From Desulfobulbus propionicus DSM 2032 (lineage in GTDB: Bacteria > Desulfobacterota > Desulfobulbia > Desulfobulbales > Desulfobulbaceae), in assembly GCF_000186885.1 (NCBI RefSeq), contig NC_014972.1, positions 840,001 to 872,000 of the forward strand: a stretch of 32,000 nucleotides of DNA. Direction: 5' to 3'. The notes below the pieces were generated by a model. The model ran no database searches, was not told the origin of the DNA, and was given only the letters and a program-made list of their open reading frames with translations. Of the stretch, positions 27,887 through 32,000 are shown in pieces. Within the stretch, counting starts at the first letter, position 1. Each line of letters starts with the position of its first letter. The position numbers and the translations under genes were made by a program.

Positions 27887-30800
27887 ATGAACAGAGTACG
27901 TAAGAGTTTTGCTAAAACAAGCCAGATCATTGAACCGCCACATCTCATTGCTATGCAGCGGGAATCTTACGAGCACTTTCTGCAACGAGATATTGCGCCT
28001 GAATTACGAAAAGATCACGGGTTGCAATCTATCTTTCAAAGCATTTTCCCTATTACAGATTTCAACGGATTGTGTTCGCTTGAATTCGTTCGTTATTCTT
28101 TCGGAGAGCCCAAATACACCGTCGCCGAATGTATCGAGCGGGGAATGACCTATGAAGCACCTCTTAAAATCACCGTCAGGCTCATCACCTTTGACGTCGA
28201 TGAGGCGACGGGGGTTCAGTCTGTGCGTGATATCAAGGAACAGGAGGTATTCCTCGGGGCTTTACCGCTCATGACGCAAGACGGAGTGTTTGTGGTCAAC
28301 GGCACGGAACGCGTCATCGTAAATCAGCTGCAACGGTCACCCGGACTCTTCTACACCCATGATCATGGTAAGTCCCATGCTTCCGGCAAAAGGCTCTATT
28401 CGGCGCGAATTATTCCGGTGCGGGGGTCTTGGCTTGATTTCGAATTCGATATTAAAGATATCCTTTATGTGCGCATCGACAGACGCCGTAAGCTGCCAGT
28501 AAGTGTTCTGCTGAAAGCCTTGGGATATGGCGATGAACAATTGCTAAATGAGTTCTATCATTCCGATGTCATCACGTGTGAAGGAGAAAAGTATTCGATC
28601 GCCTTCAACGCTATCACCTTCGCCAATCAGCGGTTGAACACCGACATCATTCATCCCGGCGATGGGACTATAATTGCCAAAAAAGGCAAAAAGGTCACCA
28701 AGACCCTTGCGAAGAAGATCGAGAGCCTTGGCGTCGCCTCCATCTCCATTGATGTCGAGGAGTTATACGGTCGCTACTTTGCCCGGGATATTGTCAACGA
28801 GCAGACTGGAGAAGTTGTTGTCAAGTGCAACGACACCGTAACACCGGCAACGCTTGAAGCTCTCGCCGTGGCCGGAATCAATTCTTTTTCCCTTCTGTTC
28901 ATTGATGGCGTTAATTTCAGTGAATCGTTCCGCAAAACATTGCTGCTCGACAAGATTAAAGATACCGATGAAGCATTGATTGAAATTTATCGTCGGCTCA
29001 GGCCGTCAAGTCCACCGACCCTGGAGGTGGCCAAGGCTTTCTTTGACAATCTTTTTTTCAATCCTGCCACTTATGATCTCTCCGAGGTAGGACGGTATAA
29101 AATCAACACCAAGCTCGGCGTCGATACCCCGATCGAGGTGCGGACACTGACTCAGGAAGATATCATCAAAAGTGTCAAATACCTCGTTCGAATCAAGGAT
29201 GAATTGAAGGATGGTGACGATATTGATCACCTTGGCAACCGTCGTGTTCGAACCGTGGGCGAACTGTGCGAGAATCAATTCCGCATGGGCCTGGTGCGGA
29301 TGGAGCGAGCCATCAAAGAGCGGATGACCCTCCAGGAAATTGAGACCCTGATGCCGCACGACCTCGTCAATCCCAAACCGGTGACCTCTGCGATCAAGGA
29401 ATTTTTTGGTACCAGCCAACTTTCCCAGTTCATGGATCAAACCAATCCTCTTTCCGAGGTAACCCATAAGCGCAGGCTTTCTGCGCTGGGCCCAGGCGGT
29501 CTTTCTCGGGAACGCGCTGGTTTCGAAGTGCGTGACGTTCATCCGACTCATTATGGCCGGATTTGTCCGGTAGAAACCCCTGAGGGACCAAATATCGGCC
29601 TGATTGTCAGCTTAGCCACCTATGCGATGGTGAATCCGTATGGATTTATCGAGACTCCGTATCGCTATGTCCAAGATCGAATTGTTTCGAATGAATACAA
29701 GTACCTGTCTGCCTTGCAAGAAGAGGATCACGTCATCGCTCCGGCGAAAATTCCTTTGGATGGCGACCGAATAGCCGATGATTATTTGATAGCCCGGCAA
29801 GAAAGTGAGGTGGCCATGGTCGCCGCTGACGATATCACGATGATGGATATCGCTCCCAACCAGATGGTTTCGGTTGCGGCCTCGTTGATCCCTTTCCTTG
29901 AGAATGACGACGCCAACCGCGCATTGATGGGTTCCAACATGCAGCGACAGGCAGTGCCGTTGCTGAAAACCAGCGCGCCCCTGGTTGGGACCGGCGTGGA
30001 GAAATATGTAGCTCGTGATTCCGGTGCCTGTCTGTTGGCAGGCGGAGACGGCGTGGTTGAGGAGGCGGATGCTAATCGCATCGTGGTGCGATATGATCAG
30101 CCAGGAGTGGATGGATTTGATACGGGTATTGGTGTCTATCATTTGTCCAAGTATAAAAAATCCAATCAAAACACATGCTTTAATCAAAAAGCTCTTGTGC
30201 TTCCTGGGCAACGTGTTGTGAAGGGGACAGTCTTGGCAGATGGACCGTCCACGGAAGTCGGAGAACTCGCTTTGGGAAAAAATGTGACCATCGCGTTCAT
30301 GCCCTGGCGAGGCTACAACTTTGAAGATTCCATCCTGATCAATGAGCGTTTACTTAAAGAAGATACCTTCACCTCCGTGCATATTGAAATCTTTGAAACA
30401 ATGGCACGGGATACCAAGTTGGGAAAAGAAGAGATTACCCGCGATATTCCCAATGTCGGTGAGGAAGGACTCCGTAATCTCGATGATTCCGGTATTGTCC
30501 GCATCGGGGCTGAGGTTCGCGCCGGTGACATGCTGGTCGGCAAGGTCACTCCGAAAGGCGAGAGTATGCTTTCGCCTGAAGAAAAATTGCTCCGGGCGAT
30601 TTTTGGCGAGAAAGCCGGTGATGTAAAAGATTCCTCCTTGCGGGTACCGCCGGGAATCGAAGGAGTGGTGATCGACGCCAAAGTCTTTTCGAGAAAGGGA
30701 GTCGACAAAGACGAGCGGACGCTGATGATCGAGGAAATGGAGATCGAACGCCTCAATCGGGACATGGAAGCCGAGCTGAGAAGTTTGAAAAACGGCGTGC

Positions 30801-31960
30801 GCAACTCCCTGGCTGTTCTTCTCGAAGGTCGGACGGCTAAAAGTGATATCAAGGACAAGAAAGGAAAGATCATCCTTAAATTAGGCAAACAACTCACCGC
30901 CAAGGTTGTCTCCCAAATTAGTTTCGCCGAACTCCATGACTTGGATTTTTCGGAAAGAGCCAAGTATGAGGACGAGATTGACGCGATCTTCAAACGCTAC
31001 AATACCCAGGCCTCCGTTGTTCGCGGGCGTTATCAGGGCATTGTTGAGCGTATGGAAAAAGGAGATGATCTGCCCCCCGGCGTGGTGAAAATGGTGAAAA
31101 TCTATGTGGCCACCAAGCGTAAACTGGCGGTTGGCGACAAAATGGCGGGGCGTCACGGCAATAAAGGTGTTGTTTCACGTCTGCTTCCCGAGGAGGATAT
31201 GCCCTTTTTTGCCGATGGAACTACTGTCGATATTGTGCTCAATCCCCTTGGCGTGCCTTCGCGAATGAATGTTGGCCAGGTGCTTGAATGCCATCTTGGT
31301 TTTGCCGCCAAAAGGCTGGGAGAACAACTCTCGGCTGTAGCGAAACAGAAGGAGGCCGCACGGCTCAAGCAAAGGTTGGCGCAGATTTATTCCCAAGAGG
31401 AGTATGCTCGATTAACTGAAGGACTCAGCGACGAGGAATTACTCGACATGATGTGCAAGTACGGCCATGGCATCCATGTGGCCACTCCGGTGTTCGACGG
31501 TGCTTCAGAGAATGAGATACGCCAGGCTCTCGTGGAAGCGGGTGTCGATGAGGTCGGGCAGTCAACATTGTACGACGGCCTGACCGGTGAACCTTTTGAT
31601 AACCAGGTAACGGTGGGCGTGATGTATATGCTTAAGCTGCACCATCTGGTGGACAACAAAATCCACGCCCGGTCAACCGGTCCCTATTCACTTGTCACTC
31701 AACAGCCCCTCGGCGGGAAAGCGCAGTTCGGCGGCCAGCGTTTGGGTGAGATGGAGGTTTGGGCCATGGAGGCCTATGGGGCGGCCTACACCCTCAAAGA
31801 ATTCTTGACGGTGAAATCGGACGATGTTGAAGGCCGGACGACGATGTATGAAAAAATCGTCAAAGGAAACAATTTCTTGGAAACAGGGTTGCCTGAATCA
31901 TTCCATGTTCTCGTCAAGGAATTGAAAGGGCTCTGCCTCGATATCGAATTGCTCGAGTAA
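27887..31960 (+). CDS. rpoB: DNA-directed RNA polymerase subunit beta
   Basis: [68 protein letters not shown]...[15 protein letters not shown]...[32 protein letters not shown]. Confidence 0.99.
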   Translation: MNRVRKSFAKTSQIIEPPHLIAMQRESYEHFLQRDIAPELRKDHGLQSIFQSIFPITDFNGLCSLEFVRYSFGEPKYTVAECIERGMTYEAPLKITVRLITFDVDEATGVQSVRDIKEQEVFLGALPLMTQDGVFVVNGTERVIVNQLQRSPGLFYTHDHGKSHASGKRLYSARIIPVRGSWLDFEFDIKDILYVRIDRRRKLPVSVLLKALGYGDEQLLNEFYHSDVITCEGEKYSIAFNAITFANQRLNTDIIHPGDGTIIAKKGKKVTKTLAKKIESLGVASISIDVEELYGRYFARDIVNEQTGEVVVKCNDTVTPATLEALAVAGINSFSLLFIDGVNFSESFRKTLLLDKIKDTDEALIEIYRRLRPSSPPTLEVAKAFFDNLFFNPATYDLSEVGRYKINTKLGVDTPIEVRTLTQEDIIKSVKYLVRIKDELKDGDDIDHLGNRRVRTVGELCENQFRMGLVRMERAIKERMTLQEIETLMPHDLVNPKPVTSAIKEFFGTSQLSQFMDQTNPLSEVTHKRRLSALGPGGLSRERAGFEVRDVHPTHYGRICPVETPEGPNIGLIVSLATYAMVNPYGFIETPYRYVQDRIVSNEYKYLSALQEEDHVIAPAKIPLDGDRIADDYLIARQESEVAMVAADDITMMDIAPNQMVSVAASLIPFLENDDANRALMGSNMQRQAVPLLKTSAPLVGTGVEKYVARDSGACLLAGGDGVVEEADANRIVVRYDQPGVDGFDTGIGVYHLSKYKKSNQNTCFNQKALVLPGQRVVKGTVLADGPSTEVGELALGKNVTIAFMPWRGYNFEDSILINERLLKEDTFTSVHIEIFETMARDTKLGKEEITRDIPNVGEEGLRNLDDSGIVRIGAEVRAGDMLVGKVTPKGESMLSPEEKLLRAIFGEKAGDVKDSSLRVPPGIEGVVIDAKVFSRKGVDKDERTLMIEEMEIERLNRDMEAELRSLKNGVRNSLAVLLEGRTAKSDIKDKKGKIILKLGKQLTAKVVSQISFAELHDLDFSERAKYEDEIDAIFKRYNTQASVVRGRYQGIVERMEKGDDLPPGVVKMVKIYVATKRKLAVGDKMAGRHGNKGVVSRLLPEEDMPFFADGTTVDIVLNPLGVPSRMNVGQVLECHLGFAAKRLGEQLSAVAKQKEAARLKQRLAQIYSQEEYARLTEGLSDEELLDMMCKYGHGIHVATPVFDGASENEIRQALVEAGVDEVGQSTLYDGLTGEPFDNQVTVGVMYMLKLHHLVDNKIHARSTGPYSLVTQQPLGGKAQFGGQRLGEMEVWAMEAYGAAYTLKEFLTVKSDDVEGRTTMYEKIVKGNNFLETGLPESFHVLVKELKGLCLDIELLE

Positions 31961-32000
31961 CACGGAAAGATCGCGGCTAAAAAATAGTCCAAGGAATGTT

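Overview
This 32 kb window looks like core chromosome of a sulfate/sulfur-metabolising bacterium, probably Desulfobulbales-like Desulfobacterota. That lineage is inferred from gene content only. From left to right it contains: (i) a large multi-PAS sensor protein on the minus strand, running off the left edge and apparently frameshifted at a 7-nt C tract; (ii) a secreted protein on the plus strand with a phospholipase A2-like motif and a K/E/A-rich coiled coil; (iii) tRNA-Leu(CAG) on the minus strand; (iv) a riboflavin cluster, ribF - TPR - zinc-ribbon/HEAT (DVU0298-like) - TPR - ribE - ribBA - ribH - nusB; (v) an ftsK/spoIIIE translocase; (vi) the dissimilatory sulfur block aprB-aprA / qmoA-qmoB-qmoC; (vii) tRNA-Thr(UGU), Tyr, Gly, Thr(GGU), tuf, an rpmG missing from the ORF track, tRNA-Trp, secE, nusG, rplK, rplA, rplJ, rplL and rpoB. 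I see no CRISPR array, integrase, transposase or recognisable defence operon. The best candidates for something under-described are the PLA2-like secreted protein, the TPR/HEAT/TPR trio inside the riboflavin genes, the C-tract frameshift in the PAS sensor, and a near-perfect 20-bp hairpin between two tRNA genes.
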